Virus record (IMG/VR): IMGVR_UViG_3300014206_000010
Location: 1-64,000 of that record
DNA from: a virus
Taxonomy: Duplodnaviria; Caudoviricetes
Strand: one strand, 5' to 3'
DNA: 64,000 bases
The position numbers and the translations under genes are program-made. The stretch's first letter is position 1. The number at the start of each line of letters is the position of its first letter. The notes under the pieces were generated by a model. That model searched no databases, was not told where the DNA came from, and saw only the letters and a program-made list of their open reading frames with translations. Below, one piece after another: positions 38,754 through 46,963 of this stretch.

Positions 38754-39086
38754 CTATAAAGTTTTTGTATTTAATCTCATCATAAATTCTCTTTTAGCTT
38801 CAATATTCCCTTTATTCATCAACATTATTAAAACTGATTTTTTAATTTTTTTAAAAGGTCTATGAGGTGCTCTTATTAACTTTGTTGTCCTGATATCAAA
38901 GTTACATCTATTCCTGATTCTTTTAGCCTTTCCTGCAAAATAAGTTGAAACTAAAGGCAAATAAGCATTACCATGAAAACTATGAATCTCAAATAATTTA
39001 TTTCCCCAAATACTATCATCACCGTCTCTTATAATGTCACCAACTTTAAAATATTTCCAAATTTTATTATTGTTATCTTTTAACAT
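38754..39086 (-). CDS. Hypothetical basic protein
   Basis: First gene of the methyltransferase operon. Confidence 0.5.
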   Translation of the reverse strand: MLKDNNNKIWKYFKVGDIIRDGDDSIWGNKLFEIHSFHGNAYLPLVSTYFAGKAKRIRNRCNFDIRTTKLIRAPHRPFKKIKKSVLIMLMNKGNIEAKREFMMRLNTKTL

Positions 39087-39178
39087 AATTCACTTTTCTT
39101 TTTATAACTATGTAATAAAATGAAGAGGGAACCAAGTTTTACAACCTAATTCCCTCTTAGAAGAACACTGCTTCCTTG

Positions 39179-39841
39179 TTAAAATCTGAATGTTATAATT
39201 TGACGTGGAGTCAATTCATAATCTGTACCATCTTTTAATTCTTTCAAAATTTCGCAAGCCTTAATGTCAACTAATGTATTACAGATTGCTCTTACAATAT
39301 CATTGTATTCTCTTCTTGCTGTAGCTTCTTCCTGAGTTGTTGGAGCGTTAACAAACTTTTCTTCTGCATCTTTAGCAGATAAAGTATTTATAGCAACACT
39401 TTTTTCTCTCGGGATATAAGTTTCTTCCCAATCGTACGTCTTATAATCGCAATCAATTTTAATGCCTTCTGTCCAATATTTATCTGGTTCTTTAGTAGGA
39501 GCATTTCCGCAATCTTTAATTTTATTATTTGCTTCAATTTTCTTTGTTTCTAAACAAGTTGTCAGTTCTGGCAAAATAATTGAATCTACCTGATTTTTGA
39601 TTTCCTTACCAGTCTTTGATACTTTAATGTTTCCGCTGTAATTCATGGAATCCATTATATCAGATTTTTCAATTTTTTCTTCTGAATCTTGAATTTCAAA
39701 AGGATTTTTTTCAACTTCTTTTCCCTTTGTTATTTTGTCTTCTTCATTTTCAGCAACTTCTTTTGAATTAGTAAATCCGCTATAAATACGATTTACTTGA
39801 GAAGCTCTTGCATTTCGAATTGCATTTTGAATATCATTCAT
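39179..39841 (-). CDS. Hypothetical protein, possible internal head protein (start revised to MNDIQ)
   Basis: Carries ITKG/IEKS putative prohead-protease sites. Confidence 0.5.
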   Translation of the reverse strand: MNDIQNAIRNARASQVNRIYSGFTNSKEVAENEEDKITKGKEVEKNPFEIQDSEEKIEKSDIMDSMNYSGNIKVSKTGKEIKNQVDSIILPELTTCLETKKIEANNKIKDCGNAPTKEPDKYWTEGIKIDCDYKTYDWEETYIPREKSVAINTLSAKDAEEKFVNAPTTQEEATARREYNDIVRAICNTLVDIKACEILKELKDGTDYELTPRQIITFRF

Positions 39842-39845
39842 ATTT

Positions 39846-40022
39846 TTAATCTTTAATGTATTTATTATACAAAACATAAGCAATCCAGCCTATAACTATA
39901 CCAAATGCTCCAAAAATTATGTTTGAGATTGAAATCCAAATAGGAGTATAATGCATATAAATCAAACCTCCTATAACTACGATTAAAATAACCGCAATCA
40001 AAATAATAGTTTTCTTTTTCAT
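39846..40022 (-). CDS. 58-aa two-TM membrane protein (not in ORF track)
   Basis: MKKKTIILIAVILIVVIGGLIYMHYTPIWISISNIIFGAFGIVIGWIAYVLYNKYIKD. Confidence 0.6.
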   Translation of the reverse strand: MKKKTIILIAVILIVVIGGLIYMHYTPIWISISNIIFGAFGIVIGWIAYVLYNKYIKD

Positions 40023-40030
40023 ATTTTTAC

Positions 40031-41005
40031 TTATTTAATTATCATTCCATAAAATTCTTCTAACGTGTATTTTTTATTATAACTGTATTTGTCTTTCTGA
40101 TTATTAACATCATCAAGCATATTCTTAAGCAAACTTTTCCCATTCTTAGTCTGATAATCTGTGTTATTATAAACAGAAAGATTTAACCAAGTCATCTTTA
40201 GATTGAATATTATTTTCCCTAACAACTCATCTTCATTTATTTTAGAAAATTCACTAAAACGAGTTGATATCCATTGAGCCATTGGCACTAAATCAATATT
40301 CAAAGGTTCTTTATAAGGAGTTATTGATTTAATAAATTTTTCAAATGCTTTTGGCCCAAATCTTGGTTTAAGTTTAGGTATATTATCAGAAGTGTCTCCC
40401 ATTATAACTTTATACAAAAGAACTTCAAATGGTTTGACAGGCATGACTTGAATATCAGTATCTAAATATTCATTCCAAAATACTTCTTTTTCTGGAATGC
40501 AATACAATTTAAGATTTTTAGAATTATTATTAAATAATGATACATTCTTATTCATTATTTGTCGAATATCTGAATCTCCAGTAATGATTACCAATTCTTC
40601 ATTTAAAATGTATCCGAAATAAATTCCCCATACATATAACAAATCATCTCCTTCGGCTCCCATTACTCTACTAACAATTAATCCCTTTTTTCTTAGAAGT
40701 GACTCAAGCTCATCTAAAACAGTCAAAAAATATTTGTAAAATGAATCTCTGACTTTTGTCAAAGCATATTTATAATCATCATATAAACTATAACGCCATG
40801 ACGGTGAATCAATGACGAATGCTACTTGTTTAACATCTTTAAACCTTCTTACAGTAAAACATAAATCAATTATGCATTTACGAAGTAGAACTTTTTGCTT
40901 TTCTGGGTCGCTTAAAACTTCATTCATATCTTGACCTTTATAATAGGTTGAAAATATAGAGAAATTACGATGAAATAAATAGTTCCCGTCAAATAATATA
41001 TTCAT
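40031..41005 (-). CDS. 5'-3' exonuclease / flap endonuclease (T4 RNase H-like)
   Basis: 'DGNYLFHR', 'EGDD', 'TGDSDI', 'MGDTSDNIP'. Confidence 0.88.
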   Translation of the reverse strand: MNILFDGNYLFHRNFSIFSTYYKGQDMNEVLSDPEKQKVLLRKCIIDLCFTVRRFKDVKQVAFVIDSPSWRYSLYDDYKYALTKVRDSFYKYFLTVLDELESLLRKKGLIVSRVMGAEGDDLLYVWGIYFGYILNEELVIITGDSDIRQIMNKNVSLFNNNSKNLKLYCIPEKEVFWNEYLDTDIQVMPVKPFEVLLYKVIMGDTSDNIPKLKPRFGPKAFEKFIKSITPYKEPLNIDLVPMAQWISTRFSEFSKINEDELLGKIIFNLKMTWLNLSVYNNTDYQTKNGKSLLKNMLDDVNNQKDKYSYNKKYTLEEFYGMIIK

Positions 41006-41031
41006 ATTTTAAATTTTTTACTATAAATAAC

Positions 41032-41064
41032 TATGGGGAACTGCTTATAAAACAACTCCCCATA
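41032..41064 (-). terminator. Hairpin after the DUF2786 gene
   Basis: TATGGGG/CCCCATA stem. Confidence 0.5.
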
Positions 41065-41083
41065 TTTTTATATTTTAATTACA

Positions 41084-41863
41084 TTATTTTAACAATTTCA
41101 CTTTTTTGACTTGAGCTTTAACTCCTGAACTTACTTGTTTATGTAGTTCTGTATTTTTACCATCTTTGAATCCAAAGGCTCTGGCTGAATCAAATTTTTC
41201 CCTTCTTGCTGAACCTCTACCAACTTTATATTTGTTTTCAACGTACTCAGTAACGGCTGTATCATTACGAACTACCAAAGCAGTAACTTTTGTCCCAAAA
41301 TCAACATCTTTAGCTTTTTCACGGTCACTCTCTTCTTTCAACTTATTATCCAGCCCAGCTGCACATCCTGTTAAATAACTTCTTTGATACTTATCCATGC
41401 TGATAGGCTTCATAGCATATTCAGCCGTCTTTTTATATTCTTTGAAACGATTTTTAGAAAATGATACAAAACGTTCAGCAAGCATAGAACGCAACCATTT
41501 AACCGTTTCAAGATTTTCTTTCTTACCGAAAATCATCAATCTTTTGTAAGTTCTTCCTACTTGGAAACATTTACAAAAATTCCATTTACAAAGAACATAT
41601 AACAAACGGAATTCCCATTCACCTCCGATGTTTTTATAAGTAAATCCATCAGTCTTTTCTTCAAGAATAGTATCTTTAGACTTTTCTTCATCAGTTCCAA
41701 TTTCATCCATGGATAAATTATACTGAATTAAAATTCTCTGAATAGCAGCTGCTGCTGCATTTGCTTCCCCTTCAGAATTAATTTTCTTTGCACCTTCATA
41801 AAGGTTTTGCAACTTTCTTAGCTTTTTTAATACGCTGTCTAAATTTTGATTTTTCGTTTCCAT
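41084..41863 (-). CDS. DUF2786-domain protein
   Basis: N-terminal 'KKLRKLQNL...EANAAAAAIQRILIQYNL'. Confidence 0.7.
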   Translation of the reverse strand: METKNQNLDSVLKKLRKLQNLYEGAKKINSEGEANAAAAAIQRILIQYNLSMDEIGTDEEKSKDTILEEKTDGFTYKNIGGEWEFRLLYVLCKWNFCKCFQVGRTYKRLMIFGKKENLETVKWLRSMLAERFVSFSKNRFKEYKKTAEYAMKPISMDKYQRSYLTGCAAGLDNKLKEESDREKAKDVDFGTKVTALVVRNDTAVTEYVENKYKVGRGSARREKFDSARAFGFKDGKNTELHKQVSSGVKAQVKKVKLLK

Positions 41864-41902
41864 ATTACAATTTTATTTACAATGTTATTTACGATTACAA
41901 TA

Positions 41903-41933
41903 CAAAGATAATACTTTTTTTACAAACGGCAAA
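41903..41933 (-). promoter_or_regulatory. Bacteroidota housekeeping-sigma promoter (-33 TTTG / -7 TATCTTTG)
   Basis: Exact TAnnTTTG with TTTG 19 nt upstream, in front of the 41863 gene. Confidence 0.8.
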
Positions 41934-41977
41934 ACTTTTTACCAATTATTTTTGGGTTTTTTAAAAAAATTTAACTT

Positions 41978-43456
41978 TTATGCTGAAAAATCTTTTATGA
42001 AACCAAGAAAATGTTTTGCTCTCGTAAATGCAACATATACAAGATTACGTTCTTGTTCAGCCATCCAAGGAACGGTCATGCAATATTTCAAATACAATTT
42101 ATCTTCACAAATAATAAACACTTTGTCACTTTCTAAACCTTTTGCTTTATGAATTGTACTCAAACAAATACCGTTCTTGTTATCATCTGAAAAAATCATT
42201 TTTATTCGGTCAATAACTTCTTGAGTTAATATCAAACCTTCTGATAAAACTTCAATGGCTTTTAATTTGTCTTCATAAATTTTATAGATTTCAGTTTCTC
42301 TTGCTTCTGCTGCAGTGCAATTCTGCTTTGTAACCACTTTTCCTATTATCCGTGATAATTCCCTTTCAAGTCTTTCCATTACATCCTTAATCTGCTTGCG
42401 ATTGGTTTTCTTAATCATGTTAATAAGATTAGTTCCTATGTCTCTACCTTTGACATATGCTTTAACTCCTGAGCCTATATATTCCATACATAATTTAATC
42501 AATGGAGCTGTAACTCTACAGAGTATCATATCACCATCTTTAACATCTGCTATAACGCTTTCCCTACTTACTACACCTGATGGCGCTTCTTTTCTTGCTT
42601 TTATTTGAGGAACAATTTCTTTGGCCATTTCTATTATATTTGCATCACAACGATAACAAACTGAAAGAGGAAGTTTAACGGTATGGGGAATATTTTTCAA
42701 TAAATTAAAACTTTCAACGTCAGCTCCAGCAAAACCATATATTGCTTGTCTTGGATCGCCAACCGCAACGAAACGACCAGTAGGTTTCAAACATTTCAAA
42801 AATAAGTTTCTTTGAGCTGTATTTAAATCCTGACATTCATCTATAAAGACCCAATCATATTGATTCATTCGTAATTTTTTTACATTGGGGAAATAAATCA
42901 TATCAGTAAAATCTATAATTTGAGTTTCACTTTCTCCCCATTTTATTCCTTTAATTGCAATATCAATTTCATTATTCAAAATATCAATATTATGTTTGAA
43001 AGCTATATCATCAAGTTCCCTTTCAGTATTTATTAGATTTACTCTACCGAGGTCAATTAACTTTATAATATTTTGTTTCCAATTATACATTTCTTCATTT
43101 GTTAATGTAATATTAGATTTCAATATTCCATACTTTATTCCATTATTAACCCAAGAAATATATTTATCTTTAGATAATTTAGAATTCAAAGAACGCATAA
43201 CCGCTGAAGCTCCAAGGCTATGAAGAGTTTTGATTTCCACATTATCCATATTTCCAATCTTTATTTTTAATTCTTCAACAATAGCTTTATTAAAAGCTAA
43301 AAACAACACTTTTTTATTCTTAGGAATAAGTTTCAAAGCATTAACAATTGTAGTTGATTTTCCTGAACCTGCAACGGCATCAATAACAACGTTTCCTTTC
43401 CCCTTTTGAATATAAATGTAAACAGCTTTTTGATATTTACTTGGTATGAATGTCAT
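41978..43456 (-). CDS. UvrD/Rep-like SF1 helicase
   Basis: 'AVAGSGKS', 'IDECQD', 'VGDPRQAIYGF', 'STIHKAKGLE', 'YVAFTRAK'. Confidence 0.92.
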   Translation of the reverse strand: MTFIPSKYQKAVYIYIQKGKGNVVIDAVAGSGKSTTIVNALKLIPKNKKVLFLAFNKAIVEELKIKIGNMDNVEIKTLHSLGASAVMRSLNSKLSKDKYISWVNNGIKYGILKSNITLTNEEMYNWKQNIIKLIDLGRVNLINTERELDDIAFKHNIDILNNEIDIAIKGIKWGESETQIIDFTDMIYFPNVKKLRMNQYDWVFIDECQDLNTAQRNLFLKCLKPTGRFVAVGDPRQAIYGFAGADVESFNLLKNIPHTVKLPLSVCYRCDANIIEMAKEIVPQIKARKEAPSGVVSRESVIADVKDGDMILCRVTAPLIKLCMEYIGSGVKAYVKGRDIGTNLINMIKKTNRKQIKDVMERLERELSRIIGKVVTKQNCTAAEARETEIYKIYEDKLKAIEVLSEGLILTQEVIDRIKMIFSDDNKNGICLSTIHKAKGLESDKVFIICEDKLYLKYCMTVPWMAEQERNLVYVAFTRAKHFLGFIKDFSA

Positions 43457-43566
43457 AATATTGAGTATTTAATTTGTAATTCTGTAATAAAGTTATTACT
43501 TTGTTTTCAAATTACAAAATAATTTTATTGTTTTCTTTGCTAAATTTAACTTTGTTTAACTTAAAC

Positions 43567-43597
43567 AAAAAAAAGGAGCCACTTTTATGCAGCTCCT
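43567..43597 (-). terminator. Terminator after the RNR operon
   Basis: GGAGC/GCTCC stem plus T8. Confidence 0.6.
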
Positions 43598-43620
43598 CCT
43601 CTGTTTTTAACAATAATTAA

Positions 43621-43917
43621 TTAAACATTCAATATTAAATTATTATTTTCAGCTAAATCAATTAATTTCTTTTCTGAAGGAATCCAACCGCAAACAAATA
43701 TTAATTTAAATCCTTGTGCTTTAGCAGCTTTATACCAAGCGTTTGATAATGTTTTAAATCGTTTGCTATTCATATATAAATCAAAATCTGATATAGAAAC
43801 TTCCCACCAAATGTAAGTCATGGGAGTATTGCCTGTTTTATAAGAATAAACAACAATGCCTTCTTTCAGACTTTCAATTTTCTTAATAACGTTTAATATG
43901 AATTTTTCTATTTTCAT
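43621..43917 (-). CDS. Hypothetical protein
   Basis: Last gene of the RNR operon. Confidence 0.5.
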   Translation of the reverse strand: MKIEKFILNVIKKIESLKEGIVVYSYKTGNTPMTYIWWEVSISDFDLYMNSKRFKTLSNAWYKAAKAQGFKLIFVCGWIPSEKKLIDLAENNNLILNV

Positions 43918-43921
43918 TTTA

Positions 43922-45847
43922 TTATCTTAATTCACAAGCTCCACCAGAACATCCAATTGCTGTCAATTCTCCAGAAAAAATATCTTTACGGTTACTCATT
44001 ATTGAATTGAAATCAATATCATTATTATCAAGATAATCTTTGATATCATTATATTCTTTTTCAACATCTTCTGAAGATAATCTTTGAAATGGAGCATTAT
44101 CATAAATTTGATCTCCGAGTTTTGGCAATAACGATACTCCAGTAAAAAGATAATCTTCAGTAAATAAAACAGCAGCCACTTCATCCCATTCATTTTCAGC
44201 AACTTCTACAGTAGCAGATACATTATTAGAAACCGCTCTGGTTGTTAAACTTCCTTTATTTATCCAATAATGTTTTACCATACTAATAAACTTCAAATGT
44301 TCAACAGCAGAAACATCATCTTTAACAACCAAATTCTTATTCAAAGATTCAATTGGAAAACTTATAACCGCTTCATCTCCTCTTAAAACTTTAACCATAG
44401 GAGTATCTTTCAATGCTAAAAACTCTGGACTATAAGTTTTGATACGAACTCTGCGCAAATATTTATGAGCATGAGCTGGATGAATACCACTACAAAATAA
44501 TCCAAGTATGCTTGATGCATTTCCACTCGGTTTAACAGTAGTACAAGTTCTACTTTTATTTATTCCAAAATTAGCAGCATATTTAGCATTGGTTTCAGCA
44601 ACTATATAAGCTCCTTCCCTCAATACTTCACCTCTTAAAATAGGATTGGCATAAATACCTGTAATGCTTACTCCTATGGCTCTATCACGTTCAACTATTT
44701 CTTTAGAAGCCGAAGAAAGATATTTGAAATTAGTATAAAGAGATTGAATTGTTGCTACAAAAGAAGATACCTTACAAGCCTCATAAAAATCTTCTTTTGT
44801 CTTAATTCTTTCAGCATTAATTTCTACAAGATTGCAAAATGCAAAACCAGTTCTTCCATTAATAGTAGGCTTCATTACTATTTCTGCACAAGGATTAACC
44901 GTATATTCAAAATTCTTTACATTTATAAATCCTGGTTCACCGAATTGTCTGATAACAGATAATTTTTCCTTTAATTCCTTGTAAGAAATTGAATCTTTGA
45001 AAGTAGTTAATATACTATTGTTAGCCATAGCTCTTTGAGGATTTTCAACCCACCAATTCCCTGTTTTTGCTTTTAACATTAAATCATCATTCTTATCGAA
45101 TAATGCTATCATAGCAGAACGTCTTACACCTCCACTAACTACACTATCAGCGATATGACAACAAATATCATGAATTTCAATACTATTCAATTTTCTTCCT
45201 TGTGCAGAATCTATAATTTTTATTATGTTTTTTATAGCTTTCCTTAAAGGTTCTGGTCCTGGTGCTGCAAATTTATTATCAATTAAAGCTCCTTCTGGAC
45301 GAATTAAATCATAATGTATATTAGGAATTTCGCCATTAAATTTCGCTGTCATTAATTCTTTAATACCTAAAGACCAGCCTTCAATGGAATCGGGAATCTG
45401 AAATAACGGTCGTTTAAATCCAGTAGATTTTTTTACAACTGGTAATTTATTTATATATTCTTTATGCAAAGAATATCCTACTCCACATCCACATAATAAT
45501 AAGTACATTATTTCATCAAACACTTCTACTCTGTCAATAAAAGTGCTACAACAATTATACAACTTTGCTTCATGTTTTAAAACACCGCTGTTCTTACTTG
45601 AAGAAGCAAATTGCCTTCCCCTTTGTGAAGATAGTATTTTTTTATTATACTCAAGTTTTTTTGCTTTATCAATCATTGACGAGACATCAGAATCCATTAA
45701 ATTAATGTCAGTTAATTTAACTTTATGCATATCATAAATTCTGTCAATTGTTTCATTCCAAGTTTCCAAAATACCATTATCTTTTTTTTGAGCGTATTTG
45801 GAAAGGAATACATAATCTGCTAATAAATCAATGCTACTTTTATTCAT
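43922..45847 (-). CDS. nrdJ: Ribonucleotide reductase catalytic subunit, monomeric NrdJ-like
   Basis: 'LYNC', 'GCGVGYS', 'GGVRRSAMI', 'NPCAEI' (thiyl Cys), 'TVKPSG', C-terminal 'CSGGAC'. Confidence 0.85.
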   Translation of the reverse strand: MNKSSIDLLADYVFLSKYAQKKDNGILETWNETIDRIYDMHKVKLTDINLMDSDVSSMIDKAKKLEYNKKILSSQRGRQFASSSKNSGVLKHEAKLYNCCSTFIDRVEVFDEIMYLLLCGCGVGYSLHKEYINKLPVVKKSTGFKRPLFQIPDSIEGWSLGIKELMTAKFNGEIPNIHYDLIRPEGALIDNKFAAPGPEPLRKAIKNIIKIIDSAQGRKLNSIEIHDICCHIADSVVSGGVRRSAMIALFDKNDDLMLKAKTGNWWVENPQRAMANNSILTTFKDSISYKELKEKLSVIRQFGEPGFINVKNFEYTVNPCAEIVMKPTINGRTGFAFCNLVEINAERIKTKEDFYEACKVSSFVATIQSLYTNFKYLSSASKEIVERDRAIGVSITGIYANPILRGEVLREGAYIVAETNAKYAANFGINKSRTCTTVKPSGNASSILGLFCSGIHPAHAHKYLRRVRIKTYSPEFLALKDTPMVKVLRGDEAVISFPIESLNKNLVVKDDVSAVEHLKFISMVKHYWINKGSLTTRAVSNNVSATVEVAENEWDEVAAVLFTEDYLFTGVSLLPKLGDQIYDNAPFQRLSSEDVEKEYNDIKDYLDNNDIDFNSIMSNRKDIFSGELTAIGCSGGACELR

Positions 45848-46425
45848 ATCATTTTATTCATATCATTTTTATTCTTTCTTTCTTTCAGTAAATTCAAATG
45901 TATTGTTTCATCTGCTACTAATTTAGACAAAAATTGTAATGCTATTTTTATAGTAGTAGTTTCTTCGATTTTTAATAATTTATTTTCTAATTTTTCATAA
46001 AAATCAATTGTTTTTTCTTCTGATTTAATAGCTATGTTAATAGCTTCTTCAATATCTTTACCGATGGTTACACTTGAAGTGTTGAAACGTTGGTCAATCC
46101 TTCCTCCGATTTTACGAATGAAATCAGATAATTTAGAATAATGCTTCATTTCAGTCAAAGCTATTCCAAGCATAAGTTCTCCAATATCTTCAAAAGTAGC
46201 TTCCTGAGTAGTGTACATATGAATAGCAGTTAATTCAGAAAAATCATTCTGTCCGTTGTTAATAGGATAAAACCATTCTGCCATTACTCCATCATCAGGT
46301 TTTGCTTTATCAAAATTTGGATATTCAATTTCTGGATTGCTGTAACGCATAGCATTTACAAGTCCGTCAGTAAGGTCATCAATTTGATTCCTGCTTGATG
46401 GCTTCTTTAGAACAAAGTCTCTCAT
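45844..46425 (-). CDS. Ferritin-like dimetal protein (rubrerythrin/Mn-catalase-like)
   Basis: Ligand set SELTAI..Y, EMKH, SEEKT, ETIH. Confidence 0.75.
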   Translation of the reverse strand: MRDFVLKKPSSRNQIDDLTDGLVNAMRYSNPEIEYPNFDKAKPDDGVMAEWFYPINNGQNDFSELTAIHMYTTQEATFEDIGELMLGIALTEMKHYSKLSDFIRKIGGRIDQRFNTSSVTIGKDIEEAINIAIKSEEKTIDFYEKLENKLLKIEETTTIKIALQFLSKLVADETIHLNLLKERKNKNDMNKMI

Positions 46426-46437
46426 AATGTTTAATGA

Positions 46438-46881
46438 TTATTTTTTACCAGTATGACCAAAACCTCCAGCACCTCTTTCTGTTGTTTCTGTAAACCTTTC
46501 AGCGCATTCAAATTCTGCTTGTATTACATTTTCAACAAAAACAAATTGAGCTATTCTTTCACCTCTTTTGAAAGATACTTCTTTATCACCGTGATTTATC
46601 AACAAGACATTACATTCTCCCTGATAATCGGAATCAATAGTTCCAGGAGCATTTACACAAGTTATTCCATATTTAATAGATAATCCACTTCTGGGTCGTA
46701 CTTGTGTTTCCATATCTTCAGGAAGCTGCATAAAGATGCCCGTATGAATCATTTTTCTTTCACTCGGCTTAATAGTAAAATCTTCATTTGCCTTTACATC
46801 AGCTCCTGAACTTCTTGGAGTAACATAGACAGGAAGTTGACCTCCGTTTTTCAAAATAATCTTTACTTTTCTTTTTTTCAT
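46438..46881 (-). CDS. dut: dUTPase (trimeric)
   Basis: 'SSGAD', 'PRSG', 'GTIDSDYQG', 'RIAQ', 'RGAGGFGHTG'. Confidence 0.95.
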   Translation of the reverse strand: MKKRKVKIILKNGGQLPVYVTPRSSGADVKANEDFTIKPSERKMIHTGIFMQLPEDMETQVRPRSGLSIKYGITCVNAPGTIDSDYQGECNVLLINHGDKEVSFKRGERIAQFVFVENVIQAEFECAERFTETTERGAGGFGHTGKK

Positions 46882-46963
46882 ATTTTTCTATAATTAATGT
46901 TAAATCTTCTTAAAATATAACCTTGAACGATTCTGTTTTTAATATTAATAAATTTTAATTTTA

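Noticed and set aside
39889-39900. Extra copy of the GTTATA promoter-like motif
   Set aside because: Lies inside the coding sequence of the 58-aa membrane protein (GGT ATA GTT ATA)
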